The notes under the pieces are model-generated. The model saw only the letters and a list, made by a program, of their open reading frames with translations. It was not told the origin of the DNA and ran no database searches. From the sequence record KT184314.1: a stretch of 64,000 nucleotides of DNA. One strand, 5' to 3'. A program made the position numbers and the translations under genes. The stretch is from Enterobacteria phage KhF2. Shown here in pieces: positions 28,637 through 38,499 of the stretch; positions within the stretch are counted from its first letter, which is position 1, and the number at the start of each line of letters is the position of its first letter.

Positions 28637-31336
28637 ATGGAAAACGTAGATTTTAAAAACTTACATTTAGTTGGTGATACAGAAACTGATGGTTTACTCC
28701 TTGAGTTCACTAAAGTGCACGTAATGGCCTTTGCAGACTATAAATCTGACGATGAAGAGCCACCTGTATGGGTCTTTACAGATGAACCTATTCTCGGTCA
28801 CAAGTACACCAAGTACATCAAGGGTGGCTTACGTGAAGGTATTGAGTTTGCGTTAAAGGCAAAACGTCTTTGCATCCATAATGGTCTCGGTTATGACTGG
28901 TGGGTTTTCAATCACATTGCACCTGATTTATGGAACTTTGATAATCCAAAGTGTAAACCGTGGAGTAATTTCTTTCAGGATTCTCTTATCCAGTCTCGTG
29001 TTCAGTGGATGGATAGACCAACTCCAAAGGGTTATAAAGGTGCTCATGGTTTGGCTGCATGGGGTGCTCGTGTTGGTGTTCGTAAACCAGAGATTGAACA
29101 CTGGGGTGTGTGGAATGCAGAAATCTTCACTCGTGTTGTAGAAGATATCCGTATTAACGCCAAAACTAAACGGGCACTTGATAACGAGTATCTCAAGCTT
29201 AAGAAGTGTGGCATAGACACTTATGAAACTTACATGAGAGCTAAAGAGACATCTTTCTGGATGAGCCAACAAGCTATCAATGGTTGGAAAGCTGATAAAG
29301 AGCTTATGGAGTTTCATGTAAAGGAACTTGACAAGTTGACTAATGAGCTTGCTTCAGAGGTTGAACCACATCTACCTCCAACTATTAAGACCAAAGGTAA
29401 AGTCACTGGAGAAGAGTTTGCAAAAGCTTGGAATGAGTATGTTGAAGCATTTGGTCATGCAGATGGACTGAAAAGAATTACCAAGTACCCTAAGACGAAG
29501 TATCGTCAGCAGGTTCGTAATGGTGAGATGCAGACTTACGCTATCAAACCTTTTGGTAAACCAACTACCAAGATTTTCAACATTGAGAAGCGGAACTGCT
29601 ACACTCCAACTAACACAGTTACTGGAGAAGAGTACAAGGAAGGTTTTGTAGCAATGAAGGATGCTCGTGCAATTTGCAACGAGTTGAATGCAAAGATTGG
29701 TAAGAAATGCAAAGACTGGAAGCCAGTAAAAACAGTCAAAACTGTGAAGTACTACAACAGTCATGTTGTTAACCACTTTGAACTTGAGTCAAGTCGCTAT
29801 ACAGGTTTGATTGATGCACCATATACACCAATTGAGTTCGAAGTTTCTCGTATGACTCAGGTAGCAGTTGTTAAAGACTACTTGAAATCAGTTGGTTGGA
29901 TTCCAGATGACTGGAACTACAAGAAAGACTCAGATGGTCGCCCTGTCAAAGTTTGTCGTTTCAAAGACAACAAAAAGATGATTACAAAGCATCCTAAGTG
30001 GCAGGAGATGGTTGAACGGTGTGGCTTGAGTTATGTTGAACATGAAGGTGTCCAGTACATTGAGCATAACTGGTCTGTGAAGAAGTACACAGATTTGCTT
30101 GAGCCTTGCTTAATCCGTACTTCACCAAAACTTACTGAATCATCTTATGATACGATTGAAGGCGAGCTTGGACAGAAGATTGCTAAATACTATACTTTGA
30201 TGCACCGACGTAGAACTATTGAGAACTCAAAGGATGATGAAAAAGGTTGGTTGAACCAGATTCGTCCTGATGGTCGCCTTAGTGCTGGTGCAATGGTGTT
30301 TGGTACTTCAACTGGACGTATGACACAATATGGTATTGTAAACGTACCGTCTGGTGCTGCTGTCTATGGGGAACCAATGAGGGCAGTGTGGATTTGTGAA
30401 GAAGGTACTAACGTCGTCTCTGTAGACATGAACTCAGCCCAGCTAGTTCTTCTTTGTAACTTTATGGGTGATAAAGAGTTCACCAAAGCGGTAACGCAAG
30501 GTAAAGAAGAGATTGAGTTTATTCGTCAAGAAGATGGACGCTATTACTGCAAACATTTTGATGAGTACCTCAACCCAGAGATTGATAAGTACCTTCGCTA
30601 TGACTCTGAGAATGACCTTTACGTTGTCTATTCAGGGACTGATGCACACACACTGAACAGTATTTACTTTAGCTTGAATGATGAGCAGGATATCTTGACT
30701 TGTCGAGCTACTCAGGATGAGAATCTTCTTCATGAGATTAGTAAAGGTCGTAAGAAAGCTAAGAATGGTATCTATGCACTGCTGTTCGGTGCAGGGGATG
30801 AGAAGTTTGCTAAGACGATTAAAGCTGCAACTACTCAGGAAGGTGCACTGACTAAACAAACTTACTTTATTCGTTTGCCTAAAATTAAGAAGCTACTAGA
30901 TGACTTGGAAGCTGACTACAAAGCAACTAAAAAGGCACTTGAAGAGGTGTTTGGTAAGACTGCTGCAATCTCTAAAGGGGGTTTTGTAAAGGTTGCTGGA
31001 GCTTGGTTGTGGTGTAAATCTCCACACAAACTGTTGAACTACCTTTTGATGGGTTCAGAGGCCCAGATTCAAAATGAGGCAATTAACCTTGCTTGTCGTC
31101 GCATGATTGCCGAAGGGTTGATGAAGCTAAATGGGCGTAAACCAGCTATAGGTGCTCGCTTATTGTGCGCATATCACGATGAGACTAGCTGGGAATGTCC
31201 AGAGAGTATGACGGCAGAAGTAAAAGCAGTTACTGATTGGTATTACGGGCAAGCTTCTAAGAACTTAGGTCTTAAGAAAGAAACACTTGTAACTGGTACA
31301 GGTAAGGTTGGAAAGAGTTGGCTTGAGGTTCACTGA
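28637..31336 (+). CDS. DNA polymerase, family A (T7-like) with 3'-5' exonuclease domain
   Basis: start at ATG 28637 with SD GAGGGAG; exo motif VGDTETDGL; polymerase motif C YHDETSWE; about 900 aa. Confidence 0.85.
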   Translation: MENVDFKNLHLVGDTETDGLLLEFTKVHVMAFADYKSDDEEPPVWVFTDEPILGHKYTKYIKGGLREGIEFALKAKRLCIHNGLGYDWWVFNHIAPDLWNFDNPKCKPWSNFFQDSLIQSRVQWMDRPTPKGYKGAHGLAAWGARVGVRKPEIEHWGVWNAEIFTRVVEDIRINAKTKRALDNEYLKLKKCGIDTYETYMRAKETSFWMSQQAINGWKADKELMEFHVKELDKLTNELASEVEPHLPPTIKTKGKVTGEEFAKAWNEYVEAFGHADGLKRITKYPKTKYRQQVRNGEMQTYAIKPFGKPTTKIFNIEKRNCYTPTNTVTGEEYKEGFVAMKDARAICNELNAKIGKKCKDWKPVKTVKTVKYYNSHVVNHFELESSRYTGLIDAPYTPIEFEVSRMTQVAVVKDYLKSVGWIPDDWNYKKDSDGRPVKVCRFKDNKKMITKHPKWQEMVERCGLSYVEHEGVQYIEHNWSVKKYTDLLEPCLIRTSPKLTESSYDTIEGELGQKIAKYYTLMHRRRTIENSKDDEKGWLNQIRPDGRLSAGAMVFGTSTGRMTQYGIVNVPSGAAVYGEPMRAVWICEEGTNVVSVDMNSAQLVLLCNFMGDKEFTKAVTQGKEEIEFIRQEDGRYYCKHFDEYLNPEIDKYLRYDSENDLYVVYSGTDAHTLNSIYFSLNDEQDILTCRATQDENLLHEISKGRKKAKNGIYALLFGAGDEKFAKTIKAATTQEGALTKQTYFIRLPKIKKLLDDLEADYKATKKALEEVFGKTAAISKGGFVKVAGAWLWCKSPHKLLNYLLMGSEAQIQNEAINLACRRMIAEGLMKLNGRKPAIGARLLCAYHDETSWECPESMTAEVKAVTDWYYGQASKNLGLKKETLVTGTGKVGKSWLEVH

Positions 31337-31397
31337 TTAGTATTGACAAGGTTCTCATGGAAGAGTACCTTATACTGTATCTTATATAGGAGGGCTT

Positions 31398-31607
31398 ATG
31401 AGCCACCGTGGAAGAACTCATGCAGCAATGATGAAAGGTGCTTCAAAGGAGACTATCAAGAATCGTAAGCAAAAGTTGTTTGAGAGAATGAATAGACTCA
31501 TTGATAACACTTCCCTGTCTGGTGGTGAGAAAGTTTTCCTTAAAAGTAACCTTAAAAGCATTGCACAAGAACTTATAGACATTGAATATTGGAGATATCA
31601 AAAATGA
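31398..31607 (+). CDS. hypothetical protein
   Basis: 69 aa, SD GGAGGG upstream. Confidence 0.5.
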   Translation: MSHRGRTHAAMMKGASKETIKNRKQKLFERMNRLIDNTSLSGGEKVFLKSNLKSIAQELIDIEYWRYQK

Positions 31608-31822
31608 CACTTGCAGACGTTATTCAGCAACTTCATGATAACTGCTATACTCCAGAGCTGATTCAGGAGATGTGCATTGTAGTCATGCCTAGTAGGTTCG
31701 TAAAAACCTTTAACAGCGACACTTTAAGGTCTGCACACATTCTTATTGTTGAAGGTAAGATTGCAAAAGACCGTACTGGAGTACTCAAAGGTGAACGTAT
31801 TGATATTCTGGAGTTGCTATGA
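31604..31822 (+). CDS. hypothetical protein
   Basis: start at MTLADV with SD GGAGAT; overlaps previous stop. Confidence 0.45.
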   Translation: MTLADVIQQLHDNCYTPELIQEMCIVVMPSRFVKTFNSDTLRSAHILIVEGKIAKDRTGVLKGERIDILELL

Positions 31823-31954
31823 AGAAAATGTACAGTCTCTGGGGGAGGGTTGGTAAAGGTTTTGACTGGACACTTCTTCGTTCAAACGTTAAACGTAGTG
31901 AATTACCAGAACTCATCACTCACTATTTAAAAACATACAGAGAGGTAGATTATC

Positions 31955-32215
31955 GTGAACAATAAGGTTAAGAGTTGTGTGAAAGCAATGGTTGCACTTG
32001 GAGTAATTTTTCTGGCTGGCTGTAACCCATCTTATGAAAACAAAGATGCCTCTTACAGCCTCCCTCCAGAGATGCAAGACTGCAAAATCTACAAACTCAA
32101 TGGGGATGCTATAAGCAGGGATATTGTTGTTGTCAGATGCCCAAACTCTCAAACAACAACATCTTATAGATATGGCAAAAATGGTCAATCACACACTACT
32201 GTTATTGATGGATGA
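31955..32215 (+). CDS. putative lipoprotein (GTG start)
   Basis: signal peptide with lipobox FLAGC; SD AGAGGTAG upstream. Confidence 0.5.
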   Translation: MNNKVKSCVKAMVALGVIFLAGCNPSYENKDASYSLPPEMQDCKIYKLNGDAISRDIVVVRCPNSQTTTSYRYGKNGQSHTTVIDG

Positions 32216-32429
32216 GACTAATATGCAAGTTTTAATACACTATATCTACTGCTACGATGTTGTTTATTCCACTGCAACCGTGGCCCAACGTAACCCAATC
32301 GTACCGCGAGAAGGTGAATTGGTTCGCATTGAGGGTTGGACTTACACTGTGGAAAACATCATTCATAAGTTTGATGTTGCTGGTGATGTTCAAGTTATTG
32401 ACGTAGAGATTGGTGGTAAGAGAAAATGA
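32208..32429 (+). CDS. hypothetical protein
   Basis: start MDETNM overlapping previous stop; alternative ATG at 32223. Confidence 0.4.
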   Translation: MDETNMQVLIHYIYCYDVVYSTATVAQRNPIVPREGELVRIEGWTYTVENIIHKFDVAGDVQVIDVEIGGKRK

Positions 32430-32617
32430 ACAAAGAAGATAAGCATAAAAATGCTGTACGGACTCCTGATGGAAAGGTTCAATCCTTCATCCTGACAGTT
32501 GGTGGAAAGCCGTTTCGTTGCCACTGCGGAGCAAACTGTTTTCATAAACCAGATAAAAATGACTTAGAGCTTTACGCATGTAATGCTTGCAATACTTGGT
32601 ATCACTCAGAGGATTGA
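32426..32617 (+). CDS. small zinc-ribbon protein
   Basis: 63 aa, CHCG...CNACN Cys/His cluster; ATGA overlap with upstream ORF. Confidence 0.45.
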   Translation: MNKEDKHKNAVRTPDGKVQSFILTVGGKPFRCHCGANCFHKPDKNDLELYACNACNTWYHSED

Positions 32618-32619
32618 TT

Positions 32620-33144
32620 ATGATTGACAATAGGCGCAGAAATATAATCATCAAAAACTTCCGCGAAGTGTCGCAAAATTTAAGACTAGATGATGTCAGA
32701 CTTAGGAAATCTTGGTATGACATGAAGGTATTAGAATATTCTAAAAATCAGCCAATTAAGTTATCTATCTTAGAACATTGGTATACAAACTTTGCAACAC
32801 CTGAAAATCATAATAAATTATACAAAAACTATGTAGATGTTTGTAAAAAGTTTGGTGTAGCAATAGTCGACGACAGTATTGGATTGCTTTATGACCTGTA
32901 CACAAGGTTCTCTGAATATGCTTTTAATGTTCAGTTCAAGAACTACTTAAAGTATGATGATGGTTCATTAAAGTTGTACAACTATGGTTATGGAAAACTA
33001 GCCTGCAAACAAGATGATGGTTCTTTTATAGACTTCTACACAGGGGTTTTTGTGTACTTACCTGAACAGTGTATGTCACTATCTGATTTAGCAGTCTCAC
33101 AATTTGGTATCTTTATTCCAGTAAAATCACACATGCTAAGGTAA
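32620..33144 (+). CDS. hypothetical protein
   Basis: start MIDNRRR with SD GAGGA 7 nt upstream. Confidence 0.5.
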   Translation: MIDNRRRNIIIKNFREVSQNLRLDDVRLRKSWYDMKVLEYSKNQPIKLSILEHWYTNFATPENHNKLYKNYVDVCKKFGVAIVDDSIGLLYDLYTRFSEYAFNVQFKNYLKYDDGSLKLYNYGYGKLACKQDDGSFIDFYTGVFVYLPEQCMSLSDLAVSQFGIFIPVKSHMLR

Positions 33145-33149
33145 TTTGA

Positions 33150-34250
33150 ATGACAATTCTATACAAACAAAATAAAGATGGCTCTTTTAACGTCTGGTCA
33201 TGTGTCGCTGTAGGTGACAAAGTTATTACAACCTATGGTAAAGAAAATGGCAAGATGATGTTTGAAGAGTATACAGCAGAACCTAAAAACATCGGTAAAA
33301 AGAATGAGCGTAACGCTGAACAGCAAGCTCTCTTTGAAGTTGCTGCTAAGTATAAAAAGCAAGTTGACCGTAAAGGTTATGCTTACACAAAAGAGTCTGC
33401 ACAGAATACTGAAAAGGTAGGTGTACAGCTTGCTCATGATGCTGCAAAGGTTAGTCACGCAAAGTATCTGAAGTTCCCTGCTGATGCTCAACCGAAACTT
33501 GATGGTGTCCGTTGTAGGATTTCAAGAGATGCTGATTTAGTTAACTTCACGGCTTATTCTCGTGAGAATACTATTTACAACGTCCCAGAAGAACTAATCC
33601 CAGATTTGCTTTTGTTGCTTAAATTGCATCCACAAGTAGAAGACTTTGATGGTGAGATTTATGCTCATGGTTGGGACTTAGAAGATATTGTGTCTATGAT
33701 TAAGAATGCTGACAATCCAGACCGACATCTACTCCAGTTCTACTGGTACGATATCTGTGACAGCACTAAGACGTGGCCTGAGCGTAGAGATATTATTGAG
33801 ACTTCACCTATTGTTGAGCTTGGTGATACCTGTAGAGTGGTTCCTGTACAGACTATCCGTGTAAATTCTTGGGAAGAGTTTGATGAAGCCCATGATAAGT
33901 GGGTTGAAGCTAAGTTTGAAGGTGCAATGTACCGTTCAATCTCTGAAGACTCCTTCTATGAGTGTGGTCACCGTTCATACTTCTTGATTAAGCACAAGAA
34001 GATGCACACTGAAGAGTTTAAAGTAACTGGTGTAAAGACTGATAAACGTGGTCATGGTAAGTTCGTCGTAGAGACTCTTCCTAACGTCTTTGTAGATGTC
34101 TCATGGAAGACTACTCATGAGAAGAAACAGTATCTTGCTGAACATCCTGAAGAGTTTATCGGGAAACCTTTAACTGTTCAGTTCCAGAAGATGACTCGTA
34201 AGGGTTCTTTACAGTTCCCTGTTGGGTTAGTTATTCGAGATTACGAATAA
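33150..34250 (+). CDS. ATP-dependent DNA ligase (nucleotidyltransferase superfamily)
   Basis: motif I KLDGVR, motif IV FEGAMYR, motif V LIKHKK; SD AAGGTAA. Confidence 0.65.
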   Translation: MTILYKQNKDGSFNVWSCVAVGDKVITTYGKENGKMMFEEYTAEPKNIGKKNERNAEQQALFEVAAKYKKQVDRKGYAYTKESAQNTEKVGVQLAHDAAKVSHAKYLKFPADAQPKLDGVRCRISRDADLVNFTAYSRENTIYNVPEELIPDLLLLLKLHPQVEDFDGEIYAHGWDLEDIVSMIKNADNPDRHLLQFYWYDICDSTKTWPERRDIIETSPIVELGDTCRVVPVQTIRVNSWEEFDEAHDKWVEAKFEGAMYRSISEDSFYECGHRSYFLIKHKKMHTEEFKVTGVKTDKRGHGKFVVETLPNVFVDVSWKTTHEKKQYLAEHPEEFIGKPLTVQFQKMTRKGSLQFPVGLVIRDYE

Positions 34251-34257
34251 AAAGTTG

Positions 34258-34285
34258 TTGACATAAAAAATTTGGTGAGTATACT
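34258..34285 (+). promoter_or_regulatory. sigma70-like promoter (TTGACA-16 nt-TATACT)
   Basis: consensus -35 and near-consensus -10 with 16-nt spacer immediately after ligase stop; would transcribe into the repeat elements and gene 34646. Confidence 0.4.
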
Positions 34286-34318
34286 GAGCAGCATAAACCA
34301 ACGGGTACTCACCAGCAT

Positions 34319-34445
34319 CACTTAAGAGTCTTTTAAAAGGGTTTTTAAGTGATGTTTGGTAAAGTATGGTTCTGTCCGGTAATGCGATGTATGCTATGGT
34401 TTGGTGTGGGTAGTTAGTCTCAGCTACATTAAAATGAGACTTACC
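34319..34445 (+). repeat. G+T-rich intergenic element, copy A (hairpin - GGT-rich core - hairpin)
   Basis: starts with CACTTAA...TTAAGTG hairpin, C-poor GGT-rich core, ends with AGTCTCA-loop-TGAGACT hairpin then T-run. Confidence 0.5.
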
Positions 34446-34569
34446 TTTTTAAAAGGTCTTTAAACAGGGTCTTTTAATAAGGTCTGGTCGTGTCCGGTTC
34501 GGTAGTGTTGGGCTTGGCTTGGTCTGGTCTGGTAAGGGTGGATGGTAGTAGCCACGTTAAAAATCTACC
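34446..34569 (+). repeat. G+T-rich intergenic element, copy B
   Basis: begins TTTTTAAAAGGTCTTTAAACAGGGTCTTTTAAT nearly identical to copy C; GGT-rich core; ends GGTAG-loop-CTACC hairpin with A-rich loop. Confidence 0.6.
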
Positions 34570-34627
34570 AAGTTTCTAAAGAGTCTTCTGTTGAGGGTTC
34601 TTTACAAACAACTTAACAATCAACTAA

Positions 34628-35233
<606 letters not shown>

Positions 35234-35235
35234 TT

Positions 35236-35676
35236 ATGAATACGAAAGCATTAGCAGCAAAGTTTAGTTACGGTGACACTGTATCACATTCTGAGATGGA
35301 CACCTTCTTAGGTATTGTGAAACCAACTTATCAAGGTGACATTGTTAAGTACGAAGATGAAATGAAGGCTTATGCGCTTACACGTCTAAACCGACTTGAG
35401 AAGTTTATTGAGAAGCTTCTTAAAGAAGAGAAGATTTATCTGGTTGCTTCAATGGGTGTTGGTTATCGTGTGGTTGAACCTAAGCATCAAGCAACTATTG
35501 CAAAACGTAAAATGTCTGGTAAGATTGGTCGTGCTTTAAAGCAAGCCACTCAAGCAATTGAGAATGTGAACACTATGGCACTTAGTCATCAAGAACGTTC
35601 ACGGTTGATTGAACAGCAAAACCATTTAGCTGCTATGAAAGCTAACATTAACAAGCAACGCAGAAAACCTTTCTAA
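35236..35676 (+). CDS. hypothetical protein (second gene of repeat-flanked cassette)
   Basis: 146 aa, SD AAGGTAACG; basic C-terminus. Confidence 0.55.
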   Translation: MNTKALAAKFSYGDTVSHSEMDTFLGIVKPTYQGDIVKYEDEMKAYALTRLNRLEKFIEKLLKEEKIYLVASMGVGYRVVEPKHQATIAKRKMSGKIGRALKQATQAIENVNTMALSHQERSRLIEQQNHLAAMKANINKQRRKPF

Positions 35677-35688
35677 GTTGACTAGGTA

Positions 35689-35710
35689 GCCTCTTCGGAG
35701 GCTCCTTTTT
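35689..35710 (+). terminator. rho-independent terminator (GCCTC-TTCG-GAGGC plus T5)
   Basis: perfect hairpin with UUCG tetraloop followed by TCCTTTTT on plus strand. Confidence 0.6.
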
Positions 35711-35823
35711 AAAAGGTCTTTAAGAGGGTCTTTTAATGAGGTACGGCGCGGTTAGGTAAGGTCTGGTAGGGTAGGGTGAGGTTTGGTATGGAAGGATGGC
35801 AGTAGCCTTATAAAAAATCTGCC
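35706..35823 (+). repeat. G+T-rich intergenic element, copy C
   Basis: 5' 36 nt about 90% identical to copy B; GGT/GGG-rich core; ends GGCAG-loop-CTGCC hairpin (compensatory change relative to copy B). Confidence 0.6.
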
Positions 35824-35915
35824 AAATAAGCTATAAAATCTGTTGACAAGTCAGGTGTTATAGCTTATTTTTATACTCAATGTAATACAAAATTTAATAT
35901 AACTTTGAGGTCATT

Positions 35916-36299
35916 ATGAAAAAGATTTTATTAGCTGCTGCAATGGTTATGGTAATGAATTTACCAGTCAATGCAACAGAACTTCCAAATGTGGACTTAT
36001 CAGGTGTTCCAGAAGACACTTGCCAGATTGTTAAAGGTGTTGCCCTATCTAAAGGTGAACTACTTAAACCAATCTCTGAAGAGTCTTTAACAGAGATGAC
36101 TGATAAGGTAACTGACTATCAGTATCGTGTTCTTGCAGAGTATTTCCTGCAATCTGCAAATATTAAAGAGAAGCACCCTGATGATATTGATGTACAGGCT
36201 ATGCTCAATCATCGTATCCAGTTTAAAGAAGATTTGATGCAAAAAGCTATGTATGGTGTTGAGTATTTCTTAGAAAACAGAAGCTGCACAGGTATTTGA
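35916..36299 (+). CDS. secreted/periplasmic hypothetical protein
   Basis: N-terminal signal peptide MKKILLAAAMVMVMNLPVNA; SD GAGGT. Confidence 0.55.
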   Translation: MKKILLAAAMVMVMNLPVNATELPNVDLSGVPEDTCQIVKGVALSKGELLKPISEESLTEMTDKVTDYQYRVLAEYFLQSANIKEKHPDDIDVQAMLNHRIQFKEDLMQKAMYGVEYFLENRSCTGI

Positions 36300-36300
36300 T

Positions 36301-36513
36301 ATGGCTCTTAAAAAGTTACATCCCAGAAGCGGTTATGGTAAGATAATTGACGATACAGACGGCTTTACAGTCTTTACAGTCATCTGTCAGGATGATTCAC
36401 AGATTGAAAAGGCTCTTGACGATTATCTTAATGATGAACGTGAAAAGGTCAGAGCTACAAACATAGACTCATTAATTGATACTTCACGTAAACGGAAGAA
36501 GAAAGATGAATGA
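36301..36513 (+). CDS. hypothetical protein
   Basis: 70 aa; start overlaps previous stop. Confidence 0.45.
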   Translation: MALKKLHPRSGYGKIIDDTDGFTVFTVICQDDSQIEKALDDYLNDEREKVRATNIDSLIDTSRKRKKKDE

Positions 36514-36805
36514 GGTTTTTGACCCTTATGCTCCACAAGATGATTGGGAGGCTGATAGAGAGGCTGAAATGGAGAGTTATATTTGTCCAATGGATGTAGA
36601 CGAGATGAGGGATTTCGTTGCACATCGTTTTAAGAGAGAGATTAAATCCAGAGGTCTTTCTCAAGAGCAAGTTGCTAAAATTTGTGGTATCTCTCAAGCT
36701 CGTGTATCCAACATAATCCACCTCACTGGGAATGTCTCTCTTGAGTATATGTTGGGTGTCTGTGAAAAATTTGGTGTTAATTTTAATTTAAGGTTGGCAG
36801 ATTAA
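36506..36805 (+). CDS. XRE/Cro-type helix-turn-helix transcriptional regulator
   Basis: HTH segment LSQEQVAKICGISQARVSNI; start at MNEVFD. Confidence 0.55.
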   Translation: MNEVFDPYAPQDDWEADREAEMESYICPMDVDEMRDFVAHRFKREIKSRGLSQEQVAKICGISQARVSNIIHLTGNVSLEYMLGVCEKFGVNFNLRLAD

Positions 36806-36806
36806 T

Positions 36807-37166
36807 ATGAAACGTGAAAACATTATCCACTCTGAAAACTTTGCATTAGGCTTTTATGGTGTACCTACTCACCTTGAAAAGTATTATGGTGTGAAGATTC
36901 TCTCCAATCTCATTATGGCTTACAAAGATGGTAAGATTAAGCATACTGAGAAGAAACGTGTCATGGGCTATATGGCTGTAGGTTCAGCAATCTCAAACAT
37001 TAAGCTGGAAACAACTAGCAGCCAGATTGTAAAAGACCACTTCATCAAAGAGCTTTACCACAACCTTGATGGTGTAGATGTTCAGGCTGTTTGGCTGGAT
37101 GTTGATGGTCATAACTACACAAGTTTTGTTTTCAAAAATGATGACATTAAGTGCTTGTTCCCATAA
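36807..37166 (+). CDS. hypothetical protein
   Basis: 119-aa ORF. Confidence 0.5.
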   Translation: MKRENIIHSENFALGFYGVPTHLEKYYGVKILSNLIMAYKDGKIKHTEKKRVMGYMAVGSAISNIKLETTSSQIVKDHFIKELYHNLDGVDVQAVWLDVDGHNYTSFVFKNDDIKCLFP

Positions 37167-37179
37167 TAGGTGATTAACT

Positions 37180-37695
37180 ATGATTGATATCTACTTACAA
37201 GATGCTCATGCAGATTTCCTTAAAGAAATGCTTAAAAAGTTTATGGCTTCACAGTATGAGAATGAAGCATCTTTTAAAATAGTTACATGTGGCGACGAAG
37301 CTGGTTTTGTTGAGATTGAACATGAAGGTACTGGAAAGACTGTTTGTAAGCTACCTGATAGCATGTTCTCTAAAACGTTCTTAACAAAGACTAGTATAAA
37401 TGTTAAGCTTGTTCCTCAGATTGAAACATACTCTGGTACAGGTTACCCTAAAGGCTTCAAGTCACTGATGAAACACTTCTTAGATGACTTTGTGAGTAAT
37501 CTTCTAAGTGAGGTAACAGAAAGCCGTACAATATTAACTGTAGAGAATATAGGGAACACTATCAGGGTTACTTCTGACCGATATTCTATGAGCCTCTTCG
37601 ACTTTGTACCTAAGAACTTTGATGGTATTCTGGATGAAGAAGATGTCTGTGTAGACTTTATATTGGTTCTTGAACCAGTTTTTGAGGTTAAATAG
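37180..37695 (+). CDS. hypothetical protein
   Basis: 171-aa ORF. Confidence 0.5.
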   Translation: MIDIYLQDAHADFLKEMLKKFMASQYENEASFKIVTCGDEAGFVEIEHEGTGKTVCKLPDSMFSKTFLTKTSINVKLVPQIETYSGTGYPKGFKSLMKHFLDDFVSNLLSEVTESRTILTVENIGNTIRVTSDRYSMSLFDFVPKNFDGILDEEDVCVDFILVLEPVFEVK

Positions 37696-37956
37696 ATGAA
37701 AATTGAACACTGCTATGAGTCTGATGGGACACCTATCCGATGTCCACATTGTGGGTGTACAGACTTACAAGGTGAAGTTCATGTGATTGTTAATGGTCAT
37801 ATAGCTGAAGAAAGTACTACATGTGTTGGTTGTGGTGAGCATCTATCATTCTGGGCTTATGGTTCATACCAACCTACACCACACCTAATATACCATAGCA
37901 ATAAAGCCGTGAAGAATGTTATCAACTGGTTCATTAAGAAAGGATTTACAAAATGA
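37696..37956 (+). CDS. small zinc-ribbon protein
   Basis: CPHCGC...CVGCGEH four-Cys ribbon. Confidence 0.45.
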   Translation: MKIEHCYESDGTPIRCPHCGCTDLQGEVHVIVNGHIAEESTTCVGCGEHLSFWAYGSYQPTPHLIYHSNKAVKNVINWFIKKGFTK

Positions 37957-38498
37957 TTAAATTAATCTTTGCAAGTGGTGAAAATGGGGAGTTTGGTACT
38001 CCAACTGGTATGCCGTGGCCTCGACATAAACAGGACATGCAAGAGTTTAAGAGACTCACTAAAAACAACTTAGTAGTGATGGGTAACGAGACTTTCAAGA
38101 CTCTGGGGAGTAAACCTTTACCAGAACGTGCAAATCTCATCTTAACAAATTCTGTACCATACTTAGGCATAGACTTTGGCAAAGATGAGGTAATGTATGC
38201 TAAGGCCAGCAAAGAATCCTTTGGAGCATTTTTGAAGTATCTTGATAGCTCTATTGATGAAGATGTCTTTGTAATTGGTGGTGCAGGTGTCCTTGTCAAT
38301 GCTTTACCGTATGCTGGTGTGGTGTTCCATACAGTCTTCCATAAAGTTACTGAAGAGGTCACTGTGCATTTACCTTTTGAAAACTTCTTTGAGAAGCTGT
38401 ATGATAACCGTGTATTTACAAAGGTACAGTCAAAACCATCAGAGGATGGTAAAGCAACTTTTGAAATTTATGTTCCACAAGTAAAAGGACACTTTTGA
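37953..38498 (+). CDS. frd: dihydrofolate reductase
   Basis: 181 aa; DHFR motifs GMPW, LVVMG, VIGGAGV; immediately upstream of thymidylate synthase. Confidence 0.8.
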   Translation: MIKLIFASGENGEFGTPTGMPWPRHKQDMQEFKRLTKNNLVVMGNETFKTLGSKPLPERANLILTNSVPYLGIDFGKDEVMYAKASKESFGAFLKYLDSSIDEDVFVIGGAGVLVNALPYAGVVFHTVFHKVTEEVTVHLPFENFFEKLYDNRVFTKVQSKPSEDGKATFEIYVPQVKGHF

Positions 38499-38499
38499 T

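Noticed and set aside
31819-31968. 49-aa plus-strand ORF overlapping the lipoprotein start
   Set aside because: No clear RBS; overlaps two better-supported ORFs.
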